DNA of 64,000 nt from a virus, in the IMG/VR virus record IMGVR_UViG_3300031963_009547. The stretch is one strand, 5' to 3'. The notes under the pieces were generated by a model. The model saw nothing but the letters and a program-made list of their open reading frames with translations, was not told the DNA's origin and did not search any database. Within the stretch, counting starts at the first letter, position 1, and every line of letters begins with the position of its first letter. Below, in pieces: positions 19,680-29,502 of this stretch. Made by a program: the position numbers and the translations under genes.

Positions 19680-20401
19680 AATATCAATTTTTCGTATGGT
19701 TTAAATGTTCTGATTTTTTGAGTAATTGTTTGAACTTTAGGTAAATTAACCTTATGGTCATTTAATGGATTACTTTCATTATAAATGTAATTTATGTCAT
19801 TCATAAATCTATAATGTTCAATACCACTCATTTCAGCCATTGGGTACATAAACGATAAATCGCCAGCAACCCCCCAATAATTTCCATATTCATCTTTTAA
19901 ATCTTCCTGATTAATTTTTCTCCACAAAAATACTCTCCAAGTTCTTAGATGAGTTAATGTAAAAGTTTCGTTTCTAATATTATCAAAACTTGTATATGGC
20001 CTTGCAAACCCAGGTCTACCATCATGATATCTAAAACTACCATTCGCTAACCATACATCATCTGAATTATATGTATCAACAACTCTTTGGAATGTTTTTG
20101 AATCCGGTAACCAATCGTCACCATCAACCTCAACACAAATGTCGTTATCTTCAATATCAAACTCACCTCTTATTACTTGGTCATAATTTCCCGGTTGAAA
20201 CATTTTAGTTTTATTTTCAATTAAAACAAATCTATCATCACCTTTAATAAAATTCTTTATTTTTTCAACCGTTCCATCTGTTGATAAATCATCAGTGATA
20301 TAACATTTAAAATTTTTATAAGTTTGAGTCATAATTGTTGCTAAGGACCTCTCAACAAAATTCTCACAATTATATGTGGTAGTTAAAACTATTAGTTTCA
20401 T
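19676..20401 (-). CDS. glycosyltransferase family 2
   Basis: TTTYNCENFV, DDLSTDGT, VDGDDWL, GDLSFMYP. Confidence 0.88.
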   Translation of the reverse strand: MKLIVLTTTYNCENFVERSLATIMTQTYKNFKCYITDDLSTDGTVEKIKNFIKGDDRFVLIENKTKMFQPGNYDQVIRGEFDIEDNDICVEVDGDDWLPDSKTFQRVVDTYNSDDVWLANGSFRYHDGRPGFARPYTSFDNIRNETFTLTHLRTWRVFLWRKINQEDLKDEYGNYWGVAGDLSFMYPMAEMSGIEHYRFMNDINYIYNESNPLNDHKVNLPKVQTITQKIRTFKPYEKLIL

Positions 20402-22038
20402 CGGTTTAAAATTTTAATATATTCTTCTTTTATTTTTTTTGCAACTTCGATTGAGTTGAACTTTTCTACATCTGAAGGTACTTCATGTCTTTCTTTACTA
20501 AGAATATCACCTTTATCGTCTACTTGATAAATCCATCCTGGTTTGCCACATAACCACCCTTCTATCGTAGTTCTACCAAGTAAAATACCTGCAGTTTCCG
20601 TACAGTTTTTAACGTACTCCTCAACTTTATTAGTTGCTTGGAAATGTTTAACGTGTGAACTATTTAATAGTTCAGGTAAGTAATTTGATTTGTTTTCACC
20701 AACTAACCACAACTCTTTACCGATAGATTTTGAATACTCAACCAAATCTCGAATTGTTTTTTCTCTCAAATAATCAATAGTACCAACAAATAAAACATAT
20801 GGATATGTTTTTGTATTCACGTTATTAAATCTATTTGTGTCGATTGGATTATATATTACATCTGTGTTAGTTTCATCTATGTTAAAATTATCAACAACAT
20901 GTTTTTGAATTTCAGGTCGTATACAAATATACTTTTTAATTGAGTCGTGAATAAACGGATTTTCTAATTCAATCACCTCTGAATGTATTGTTGAAATTTT
21001 TGGGGTGTTTGGATACATATCACATACTCTTTGTGATATTGGATTATGTTGTACGTGAATGATATCAAAATTTACGTCTGACATCTTGTACAACATATTA
21101 GGTTGGCTTTGAACAAAACCTTGCGGTGTGTTCATTCCCCATTTTCCATCACCTAATTTATAACCAGGTGGGTTAGAGAATGGTAAAGTTTTAATTCCCT
21201 GTTGATTTGCTAATGTAGATAACGGACCATCAATATCTGAAAGAACCGTAATATCACAATTTAATTTTTTAAGACCCCTTGCAAGTTCATAAACATACAT
21301 CTCTGAGCCAGTAAAAGTTTTAAAGAATAGTGATGATAGTAATACTTTAATTGGTGACTCTAATGTGAGATTTCTTTTAATTTTAACGGGAAGAAGTTCT
21401 TTGTGTTTTTCTGCAAATTTAATTCTGTTTTGTTCCCATTCGTCATTTGTTTGACCTATTGATTTGTGAGTTACTCTAACATCGTAGATAATTCCAATTT
21501 TTACATCTTCAATAAAGTTTCTAAATGAAAAATCCACATCATAAAAGTGAAAACCTTTTATTTCTTCATTAAAAGTTTGTTTAATATTTTTCTTATTTAA
21601 AACAATGAAAAGACCATCGACTAAAACCACGTCTTCGATTTGGTTACCTAAACTTGCAGAATATTTTGATTCCCATTTTTTACCTTCGTGTTCATGATTA
21701 ACAATACCTTTCATTTTTGAAAAGTCTTCCCACCATTTTGCAGACTCAGGTAGTTGTGTTGAACCAGCAAGACCTAAAATTCCGTACTCAGGACTTCTTT
21801 TGAAATGTTTTAATATTTTACTACCCCAATTCTTACTATCGAAATAGATATCATCGTGACACAACACAACAATGTCATTTGTCGCTTGTTCTAAAATCAT
21901 ATTATAAGCTTCAGGTAGTGAATACTTACCCTCATTTTCTATTGGGATTATTTGTGGGTTTGGTACGCCGCACGTTTTCTTCAATAGTTCCACAAAACTA
22001 TCGTCAATTTTTCTTGTTGAAAATCCTATTGTAATCAT
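20398..22038 (-). CDS. two-domain glycosyltransferase (GT-A N-domain plus GT4-like GT-B C-domain)
   Basis: N: YNMIL, VLCHDD, VDGLF, FHFYDVDFS; C: TGSEMYVYELA, DIIHVQH, YNPID, GRTTIEGWLCGKP. Confidence 0.82.
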   Translation of the reverse strand: MITIGFSTRKIDDSFVELLKKTCGVPNPQIIPIENEGKYSLPEAYNMILEQATNDIVVLCHDDIYFDSKNWGSKILKHFKRSPEYGILGLAGSTQLPESAKWWEDFSKMKGIVNHEHEGKKWESKYSASLGNQIEDVVLVDGLFIVLNKKNIKQTFNEEIKGFHFYDVDFSFRNFIEDVKIGIIYDVRVTHKSIGQTNDEWEQNRIKFAEKHKELLPVKIKRNLTLESPIKVLLSSLFFKTFTGSEMYVYELARGLKKLNCDITVLSDIDGPLSTLANQQGIKTLPFSNPPGYKLGDGKWGMNTPQGFVQSQPNMLYKMSDVNFDIIHVQHNPISQRVCDMYPNTPKISTIHSEVIELENPFIHDSIKKYICIRPEIQKHVVDNFNIDETNTDVIYNPIDTNRFNNVNTKTYPYVLFVGTIDYLREKTIRDLVEYSKSIGKELWLVGENKSNYLPELLNSSHVKHFQATNKVEEYVKNCTETAGILLGRTTIEGWLCGKPGWIYQVDDKGDILSKERHEVPSDVEKFNSIEVAKKIKEEYIKILNR

Positions 22039-22655
22039 GATATTCCTGTTGAACCAAATCCGTTATCATTTCTATCTTTTGATTCAATATCTTTAACCTC
22101 AACTAAATCCACCCAATTACCATTTAAAACAGGACAAAGAACCGCTTGAGCAACTTTCTGACCTTTTTCTATTTTTATAGATTGGTTTGTGGTGTTAAAA
22201 AGAATAACTTTTATTTCCCCTTGATATCCACTATCAATTGTACCTGGTGAGTTTAAAACGAATAATCCTTGATTTAATGCTAGACCGCTCTTGGACCTGA
22301 TTTGCACTTCATATGAATCTGCAATATCTAATCTTATCCCTGTTGGTATGAGTGCTCTTGAATTTGCACCAATAACAACTTCTTCGGCTGCTCTTAAATC
22401 AAAACCTGAATCTGACGGATATACATAACTTGGATTAACATTATCTGAAGTATTAACAAACTTAAGAGTTGCTTTAGTTATTTGTGTTGAATACTCATCA
22501 TTCATCGACTCAAAGTGTTTATTTAAATCATCGGTACTTAGACCCATTTTTTTTAAAAACTCTTCAGGATTGTTCATATCAATCTCACCTAAGTGAGATT
22601 GTAAGTCTTTAATTGTTTTGAGTTGTTCTCTTATTTCTTTTATTCCTTTAAACAT
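22035..22655 (-). CDS. dut: trimeric dUTPase with a ~60-aa N-terminal extension
   Basis: DSGFDL, RSKSGL, GTIDSGYQGEI, VAQAV, RNDNGFGSTG (motifs I-V). Confidence 0.95.
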   Translation of the reverse strand: MFKGIKEIREQLKTIKDLQSHLGEIDMNNPEEFLKKMGLSTDDLNKHFESMNDEYSTQITKATLKFVNTSDNVNPSYVYPSDSGFDLRAAEEVVIGANSRALIPTGIRLDIADSYEVQIRSKSGLALNQGLFVLNSPGTIDSGYQGEIKVILFNTTNQSIKIEKGQKVAQAVLCPVLNGNWVDLVEVKDIESKDRNDNGFGSTGIS

Positions 22656-22656
22656 G

Positions 22657-23385
22657 TTATTTAAGAGATTTTAATTGTAAAATTGCGTTTATTAATACAT
22701 CTACATCTTTTTCACAGTATTCTGCTATTTCCTGTAGTCTATTATGGTTCCAATATGCTTCATGAACCATTCCACCATTAATTGGTCCGTCTTTAGGTGT
22801 AGGGATATCTAAACAAGTGCACATTAAATCTAATGAACCAATCGCGGTGTATGCACCATACTGCCAAATCTCTTTCGTGTCGATTGCCTTTACTTCCCAA
22901 GGTTTAGTATCATATGAGGGGAGAATCTTTGAGGGCATAATTCCATTGATAATCATTCGTTTTGCCAACATAGGGATGTCAAAGTTTTTAAGGTTATGAC
23001 CACAAAGATAAAAATCCAATTTATGACATCTATTCAAAAGGTCTCTAACCTCTAATAACAACTTGTGTTCGTCATCGTTAGAAAACGTTTGTTTTTTAAT
23101 TTCACCATTTTCTAAAACAAATGCCATAGACACACAAACTATTTTCGCAAACTCAGGAACTAAAGCAGTTCGTTTTGCATAAACATCATTCATTTTTTGC
23201 ATTTCTTCTTCGAGACCATTTGTTTCAACATTATCCTCTGGAAATCTTTTTAGGAACCAATCGAAATATTTAACAAATTGTTCTGCAATTTTAGGATGAC
23301 TTTCTTGACAAGAACTCCAGTCTTTACATAGACCAACAGTTTCTATATCTAAAAATAAAATTTTGTTAATAGGTATGTTTATCAT
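22657..23385 (-). CDS. stand-alone DEDDy 3'-5' exonuclease (PolB-exo-like)
   Basis: FLDIETV, GHNLKNFDIP, YCEKDV. Confidence 0.88.
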   Translation of the reverse strand: MINIPINKILFLDIETVGLCKDWSSCQESHPKIAEQFVKYFDWFLKRFPEDNVETNGLEEEMQKMNDVYAKRTALVPEFAKIVCVSMAFVLENGEIKKQTFSNDDEHKLLLEVRDLLNRCHKLDFYLCGHNLKNFDIPMLAKRMIINGIMPSKILPSYDTKPWEVKAIDTKEIWQYGAYTAIGSLDLMCTCLDIPTPKDGPINGGMVHEAYWNHNRLQEIAEYCEKDVDVLINAILQLKSLK

Positions 23386-24596
23386 TTTACTAAGGATTTA
23401 TATAATTCTGCTCTATTTTTTGTGACAACATTTAAGTCGTAAGTATCTTTTACTGTTTCATATAATTTTTGACCTAAATCATATGCGAAGTTAGGGTTAT
23501 CAATTAACTTTTTCATATACTTTGACCAATCACTATGATTTCTTGCTTCATCTACAAGTAACGCATTACCATCTGTAAATTCACCTTTATTAAGTGCGTG
23601 TTTCAAATCAATAGTATAAGGACCGACATTAGATGCTATAATTGCCTTTTTATAAAATCCTGCCTCAATTACTTTAAGTTGTGATTTAACTCTATTGAAT
23701 ACATGATTTTTGATTGGTGCTAAAGATACGTCAAACCATTTGTAGTTGTTAGCATAACTTGTTACTGGTTTTGTCCAAACACGATTATAGAATGTTGAAG
23801 TGTTTGATTTATACTCTTCTTCTGTAAACTTCATTAAATAATCTTTATGATTTTCATCAACAAGTTTATAGTTGTCCGTGAATATTTCCTCATAACGAGC
23901 CCAAACAGTTTCTTCAGGTTTGATTTGTCTTTGTTTTTGTTCACCTGTTTGTTGATTTATTTCGGTTACGGTTCCACGAATATCAAATCCACAAAGATAC
24001 ATACTAAATTTATCCTTCAATGGGGTTAATTTATTCATTGTACCATCTAAAAGTTTCAAGTCGTGTAAGTGTGAAGAACCACCTAACCAACCAAATCTTA
24101 ATCTATCTGACGGCTCGGTTTTTGCATTAAATTGAGATTCTTTTGGGTTAATTGCGTTAGGTAAAACAAAAACACTTTTATTGTATTTTGAAATTTCTGT
24201 TGCAAATACTGAAGTAGTAGTTGTTATGTGTTGAGCAACTTTAAGGTTCTCTATTATTTTTTTATGGAGATTAGTTTGAATTACCATTTGATGTACAGGA
24301 TGTTCTTTTGTCGGTAACCAATAGTCGTCTAAGTCCATGATAGTAACAACACCAAGGGAGTTAAGTTTTTTGATTAGATTAACTGAATTATCGTACTCGT
24401 GAGCGATAGTCCTATGAAAATGAACTATGTCGTATTGTTTCCAATAATTTAAATCATTTATCTTTGGTTCATAATCAATATCGACATGAAATTCATCTGA
24501 GTGGTTATTTTGTAACATAACGTGTGGGTCCACACTTCTAAATTTACCCACTCCTGTTTTGTCAGATGGTAGTACTAAAACTTTTATTTTACTCAT
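23382..24596 (-). CDS. GT-B (GT4-like) glycosyltransferase
   Basis: GVGKFRS, MDLDDYW, VLPNAI, FGWLGGSSHLHDL, DVSLAPI, FNRVKSQLKVIEAG. Confidence 0.82.
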   Translation of the reverse strand: MSKIKVLVLPSDKTGVGKFRSVDPHVMLQNNHSDEFHVDIDYEPKINDLNYWKQYDIVHFHRTIAHEYDNSVNLIKKLNSLGVVTIMDLDDYWLPTKEHPVHQMVIQTNLHKKIIENLKVAQHITTTTSVFATEISKYNKSVFVLPNAINPKESQFNAKTEPSDRLRFGWLGGSSHLHDLKLLDGTMNKLTPLKDKFSMYLCGFDIRGTVTEINQQTGEQKQRQIKPEETVWARYEEIFTDNYKLVDENHKDYLMKFTEEEYKSNTSTFYNRVWTKPVTSYANNYKWFDVSLAPIKNHVFNRVKSQLKVIEAGFYKKAIIASNVGPYTIDLKHALNKGEFTDGNALLVDEARNHSDWSKYMKKLIDNPNFAYDLGQKLYETVKDTYDLNVVTKNRAELYKSLVK

Positions 24597-24634
24597 AAAT
24601 ATTTTTTTTACATAAAAGATAATTTAAATAAAAC

Positions 24635-24663
24635 AAAAAATCCACCCCTTTTGAGAGTGGATT
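24635..24663 (-). terminator. intrinsic terminator between the late small-gene cluster and the sugar operon
   Basis: Minus strand AATCCACTCTC-AAAA-GGGGTGGATT followed by a T-run. Confidence 0.75.
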
Positions 24664-24683
24664 AATATCAATTTACAATGAAA

Positions 24684-25289
24684 TTATTTTAGTTTTTTTA
24701 CTGTGGTAACTTTACCAACAAACAAATGATTACCTACTTTAAATTGAATTGTATCATTAGATTTTGATGTAGATTCTACCAACATACCAGCGTCTTTAAG
24801 TTCTTCCCTTATAACATCTCTTACTGTGTCTCTAACAACGTCTCTAATCATTGACTTCATTTCATTCATATTAAAGTTAGAAGTTGGTTGTTTTGTTGTT
24901 AAATTTTTTGATGGTTCAGGTTGAGTTACCGTAGTATTTGGGTTCATACCCATTAATCTTTGAGCCCCCTCAATTATATCATTACTAATTACTGAACCAC
25001 CGTTCATAGAACTTGGTTGTACTATTGGTTGCTCAATCATTAATCTTTTAATTTCATCAGGTAGTTTTGAATTTTTAATTCTACTTTCATCTAAAGGTTG
25101 TGACGGGTCAAAGTTTTGCCCTTGTTGTGTGACTTCACCTACATATTCTTGAGGAATATTATATGATGCGTTTGGCACCTCATAATTTTCAACCATCGGT
25201 GTTGATGGGGTAGCAGTTCCTCTATTTATTCCATTATGGGCATCCATAATTTTTTTTGAAATTGCTAATTTTTGCATTAAATCTGACAT
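24684..25289 (-). CDS. hypothetical protein
   Basis: 201-aa ORF; IRDVVRDTVRDVIREEL helical repeat. Confidence 0.75.
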   Translation of the reverse strand: MSDLMQKLAISKKIMDAHNGINRGTATPSTPMVENYEVPNASYNIPQEYVGEVTQQGQNFDPSQPLDESRIKNSKLPDEIKRLMIEQPIVQPSSMNGGSVISNDIIEGAQRLMGMNPNTTVTQPEPSKNLTTKQPTSNFNMNEMKSMIRDVVRDTVRDVIREELKDAGMLVESTSKSNDTIQFKVGNHLFVGKVTTVKKLK

Positions 25290-25290
25290 A

Positions 25291-25689
25291 TTAAGCTAAG
25301 TTTTCTGTGTTATCAAAATTTGCGTTTAAAATAACGCTTGACATAAGTTTATCACCATCCGGATTGTAATCAGGTCTCATTTCATAAAAATTATCACCTT
25401 GTGGTTGATAAGTCAATATTTTAACTAATTTAAAAAATCTCCATCCTGGTATAGGGTTATCTCTTGTAACCTTAGAATGAGACGCCCCCTGTCTTTCCCA
25501 TGCTCGTAATACTAATTCACCTTTTTTCGAGTACCCAACACAAACAGGTTCAATCTCACGGAATCCTCTACCATACTCTCTACCGTCGTAGTTGATAGTA
25601 ATCACTTTTTTATTTCTAATACTATCTTGAACAACATCTAAATTTGCCGCTTCTAAAATTAAACTAGAAAGATTATTTAATAACTTCAC
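25291..25689 (-). CDS. stand-alone WYL-domain protein
   Basis: SIRNKKVITINY..REIEPVCVG..LVLRAW..GWRFFKLVKI is the WYL SH3-like pattern; no HTH. Confidence 0.75.
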   Translation of the reverse strand: MKLLNNLSSLILEAANLDVVQDSIRNKKVITINYDGREYGRGFREIEPVCVGYSKKGELVLRAWERQGASHSKVTRDNPIPGWRFFKLVKILTYQPQGDNFYEMRPDYNPDGDKLMSSVILNANFDNTENLA

Positions 25690-25979
25690 GATACTGTGTA
25701 ATATGGGTTATTTGGTGAAAATTTATTTATTTTTAAATCGTCTTTTCTTTCTGCGATGTCTGTAGACGTACCCGCAGCTTGATTATATACATCTAATTCG
25801 CCACCAGTACCCCTACCAATTTTATCACCATCTGCGATTGCATCTGGGTGTACTGATGAATATTGGTCTGCAGGATTAAAATCATTTCTTGGAAATAACT
25901 TTTTTCTTTGTTCTTCCGCAATTTTACTTAATTGATTATCAGGTTGCGAAAAATCCATTTTATCTGATTGGACTGCCAT
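25686..25979 (-). CDS. hypothetical protein
   Basis: 97-aa ORF coupled to its neighbours. Confidence 0.7.
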   Translation of the reverse strand: MAVQSDKMDFSQPDNQLSKIAEEQRKKLFPRNDFNPADQYSSVHPDAIADGDKIGRGTGGELDVYNQAAGTSTDIAERKDDLKINKFSPNNPYYTVS

Positions 25980-26443
25980 TATAATATTTTTTGGTATAGT
26001 TTATTCATTAATCTTATTTCTTGTTCAACTCTAACATCAATGTCACTATTAGTTTTTGAGTGACTATCTAATGGGTTAGATATCATTTGGTCTTTTTGGT
26101 GGCCATCAATAAATTGGTTCTGCATACCAGCATCCATTTTTATTTTTTTACCTCCTTTATCATTTTCTCTCCAAACTCTTAAAACCTCATCACACCATGT
26201 TTTCATTCTATCACCACCATTAAGGATAAACGGGGCGTCTTCTTTTCTACCACCATAGTTGTCGAACCAACTTTTTATTCTTTTTATCTGTTGATATGTT
26301 GCTTGTCTACCTTGACGTAATTGTTGATTTCTATTAAAACCCTCAGTGTTTTGATTTCCACCTACAGAATTAAAAGAGTCTTCTAAGTGTTTAACCAAAC
26401 TATCGGGTATTATTGCAATTCTATCGTATAAATTTTTATTCAT
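25979..26443 (-). CDS. hypothetical protein
   Basis: 154-aa ORF coupled to its neighbours. Confidence 0.7.
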   Translation of the reverse strand: MNKNLYDRIAIIPDSLVKHLEDSFNSVGGNQNTEGFNRNQQLRQGRQATYQQIKRIKSWFDNYGGRKEDAPFILNGGDRMKTWCDEVLRVWRENDKGGKKIKMDAGMQNQFIDGHQKDQMISNPLDSHSKTNSDIDVRVEQEIRLMNKLYQKIL

Positions 26444-27176
26444 CTTTTAACATTTGAATTAATTCTTTGGCTGATATTCCGTGCTCTTTAGCCAATTTTT
26501 TAATTGATTTAATGTTTCTTAATAAAAGAGGATTGATTAAATCTTTTAATTTTCTTTTTTCCGTATTTTCTTCAGAGTTTTTATCTATAACGACATCTTC
26601 ACCTATTTCTTTTTCTTTCAGAATTGGTCTACCAACAAAACCTTTTTTATTTTTATATGGTGATTTTTCATCTCTTTCAGGACTTTTACCAAATTCATCT
26701 TCCACTCTTTTTTCTGCCGACTCATCATCCATTTCTAACTCATCTTTGAAATAATCCAAAGTTTCTTTAGCGTCCATATTCATAGTATCCTTATACCCAA
26801 ATGCTTTAATCATATTTTCTTCTTTAACATACCCCTCACCATAGTATCCGTACCATCCACGTAACAATGGGTCTCTTGGGTTTCTTGCCGCTGGTACGAT
26901 TTGGTCAGTTGTTTTAGTACCAAGACCATTATTAGCAGGTGAAAGAATAGGAATGTCAGATGATAACCATGTTCCATCGTCATCAACAAGCTCAGTTACT
27001 TCCTGTTCCTTAGGTTCATCTTCAGAAGATTTTAATTTTTTTAAAAATATTTCGTGGGACTTACAAGGCATGTATTTTCTTTCACCATCTTCGTTGTGAT
27101 AGTGAGAGCCGACACAGCCCAAAGTTTTTGCAACTCTTTCTGCCCTTTCTTCTGTAGAGTATTTATATGTCTTCAT
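26436..27176 (-). CDS. hypothetical protein with an N-terminal Cys/His module (DUF3721-like)
   Basis: STEERAERVAKTLGCVGSHYH..YMPCKSH. Confidence 0.6.
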   Translation of the reverse strand: MKTYKYSTEERAERVAKTLGCVGSHYHNEDGERKYMPCKSHEIFLKKLKSSEDEPKEQEVTELVDDDGTWLSSDIPILSPANNGLGTKTTDQIVPAARNPRDPLLRGWYGYYGEGYVKEENMIKAFGYKDTMNMDAKETLDYFKDELEMDDESAEKRVEDEFGKSPERDEKSPYKNKKGFVGRPILKEKEIGEDVVIDKNSEENTEKRKLKDLINPLLLRNIKSIKKLAKEHGISAKELIQMLKDE

Positions 27177-27190
27177 TGAGCTTTTTACCT

Positions 27191-27216
27191 ATAAATACTT
27201 CAAACAAAGTATTTAT
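27191..27216. promoter_or_regulatory. back-to-back divergent putative late promoters (10-bp inverted repeat)
   Basis: ATAAATACTT-caaaca-AAGTATTTAT; each divergent gene has AAGTATTTAT on its coding strand. Confidence 0.65.
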
Positions 27217-27227
27217 CATAAAAAAGT

Positions 27228-29492
27228 ATGCCAACTCAAAATTTAAATACATATTATTATCCAAAGTACAAAAGTTTTTTAAATTCAAGGCAATATTTTG
27301 ATTTGACATTGGCTGCGGATGAAAGGGATTACGACGAAGAGGTTGTGTTCTCAACAGACATCATTGCGGCAAATGACGGAACAAGATTACCAATACGTTT
27401 AGATTTGAATGATACTGGTTCTTGTCCTCAACTTTCTATGTCTTTTGATGTATTTTATACGGGAGCTACTTTAGTATCTAAAAATTATTATAATCCGAAT
27501 AATTTAGATTTAGATTGTATATCTGCTTTCACAGGAACTTGTGATATTGGCTTAGTTGCCACAGATAACGGATTGTATACTGGAATGACAGGTCAAACTC
27601 TTTATTATACTATGGGTGTCAGAGACGATTATAAGTTTCATCCGCACTATTATGATAGAAGAATGAAATTACATATGGTTACCGGTTACACCACACCACC
27701 TAATACTGTATTTTCAGGTAGACCAAAAACAGCAATGTATAATATAGTGTCTAAAACGGCACCATCAATAGGTTACTATCAAGAACTATACGGAGGATTT
27801 TACCAAGGATTTTATAAATTATTTGGGTATGATTATGAAGTCTTTCCTGAAAGATTAAATAAAGGTTGGACTATGGAGACGGTAATTAAGCCAAGAATTA
27901 CTGATGAATATTCTATTAACACATCGACCGAAGAATACCTGAACACTCGTTACCCTCAAAATGCAGGAACGTTCTTTTATTTTGGCACTAGAGCTGAAAA
28001 TAAATATTATCATTTTGCAAGTGGTAGTCCTATAAGTGATAGTGGATATACTAGAGTAACGTCTGGACTTACAAGTTTAAGTAGTTGTACTTGTAATCAA
28101 TCGGGATTTACAAATGCGAATTGTGTTAAACTTTATCCTGTAAGTGCAACAACAGCTTATCATAACATTGGGTGTGGATGTGGCGCATGTACTGAACAAA
28201 TACCTGTAGAACCTTTGGACCCCAAATTTGATGTATTATCGAATGCGTTATCAATTAGGTTTAGTGGATGCGCCGCAGACCCAAGAATTTGTGTTAAAAG
28301 TATTATTATTACTGGTGATTGTGTAACAACTGGTAGTTGTTCAACAACAGGTTTAACATTTCAAACAGGATATACTATAACCGAGGTTTGTAGTCCGCCA
28401 ATTTATGATATATGTGATTATGTTTGTGAACAAATTTTAGAGGACAGATGGGTAATGGTTACTGCGGTTTTTGAAAGGTACACAACAATAGAAGAATGTG
28501 ATTTATTAAATTTAGGTGGGTTGGGAGATATAAGAGAAGTAACTTACCAATCTATATTGAATAATACATCTTACAATTTAATAATGCCACCTGAAACGCA
28601 TTCAGGTGGAACAAAAGAAGATAAAGTATATCGTGTTGTTTTCGATAGAAAATGGTTTGATGATGCTTGGTATAGATTAGGTAGATTAAAAATTTATATC
28701 AACGGATATTATTTTATGGTTATTGAAAACTTTGAAGAGATAATTCCGAGAGAATTGAATTGTGAAAAAGAAAAACAACTTGGAGTTCCATTCAACATAT
28801 CGTGGGGCGGTGGGTCTCAAGGTTTACACGACCATTTAATATTTTCTGCAACTTCAGCGACAACGGGACCTTATACTCAGGACCCCGAGTTATTCCCTGA
28901 TGAAATTTTATCTGCAACTACATTCAGCGGTTTAAGTACACAAATTTTAATGGAACAAAATTTCGGTGGAACTTTTATGGGAGGACTATCCCAATTTAGA
29001 ATGTACACAGAAGCTTTTAATAGTTCACAAGTACAACATAATTTTAGAATTTTAAAAGATAGGTTTAATCTTTTTGATTACTGGTGTCCAAATTGTTTAA
29101 CCCCAAGTTTACCTACCCCAACACCATCACCTACACCGACGGTAACACCAACTCCAACTCCAACCCCAACTGCCACTCCAACACCTACGGTCACACCAAC
29201 TCCAACTCCAACACCTTCTGGTCAATTTTTAGCGGCGTTAGCAAGTTGTAGTAATACTAATCAACCAACACAATCTATGTTATTACCATTGGCATATCTA
29301 CCGGTTACTGAAGGGGCGTTCTCAACTTGGTATACCTACACAGTAAGGGACACATTGGGTGATTGTTGGACAATTACAGGTCAATATTTTGATACTCCAA
29401 CCACTCCAACTCTAACTTGGGATGGAAGTAACACATTGAATTTAATAAACAACTTTGGTTCTGGTACTTACGCAGGATGTGCTTCATGTTAA
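27228..29492 (+). CDS. Cys/Thr-rich putative virion protein (LamG/ConA-like features, PT linker, C-terminal Cys module)
   Basis: WTMETVIKP, RWVMVTAVF, LKIYING, FMGGLSQFRMY resemble LamG strands; PT repeat; ends in CASC. Confidence 0.6.
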   Translation: MPTQNLNTYYYPKYKSFLNSRQYFDLTLAADERDYDEEVVFSTDIIAANDGTRLPIRLDLNDTGSCPQLSMSFDVFYTGATLVSKNYYNPNNLDLDCISAFTGTCDIGLVATDNGLYTGMTGQTLYYTMGVRDDYKFHPHYYDRRMKLHMVTGYTTPPNTVFSGRPKTAMYNIVSKTAPSIGYYQELYGGFYQGFYKLFGYDYEVFPERLNKGWTMETVIKPRITDEYSINTSTEEYLNTRYPQNAGTFFYFGTRAENKYYHFASGSPISDSGYTRVTSGLTSLSSCTCNQSGFTNANCVKLYPVSATTAYHNIGCGCGACTEQIPVEPLDPKFDVLSNALSIRFSGCAADPRICVKSIIITGDCVTTGSCSTTGLTFQTGYTITEVCSPPIYDICDYVCEQILEDRWVMVTAVFERYTTIEECDLLNLGGLGDIREVTYQSILNNTSYNLIMPPETHSGGTKEDKVYRVVFDRKWFDDAWYRLGRLKIYINGYYFMVIENFEEIIPRELNCEKEKQLGVPFNISWGGGSQGLHDHLIFSATSATTGPYTQDPELFPDEILSATTFSGLSTQILMEQNFGGTFMGGLSQFRMYTEAFNSSQVQHNFRILKDRFNLFDYWCPNCLTPSLPTPTPSPTPTVTPTPTPTPTATPTPTVTPTPTPTPSGQFLAALASCSNTNQPTQSMLLPLAYLPVTEGAFSTWYTYTVRDTLGDCWTITGQYFDTPTTPTLTWDGSNTLNLINNFGSGTYAGCASC
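29112..29219 (+). repeat. Pro-Thr coding repeat (PTPTPSPTPTVTPTPTPTPTATPTPTVTPTPTPTPS)
   Basis: CCN-ACN tandem codons visible in the sequence. Confidence 0.95.
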
Positions 29493-29502
29493 AATTAAAA
29501 AA

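Noticed and set aside
147-24596. Bacterial O-antigen/capsule locus
   Set aside because: No wzx, wzy, wzz, ABC exporter or initiating transferase; interleaved with phage-type phoH, dut and sigma-like genes and contiguous with virion genes
22035-24596. DNA hypermodification (glucosyl-hmC-like) module
   Set aside because: A GT next to dUTPase and an exonuclease is suggestive, but no hydroxymethylase, thymidylate-synthase homologue or TET/JBP gene is in the window; it cannot be excluded elsewhere in the genome
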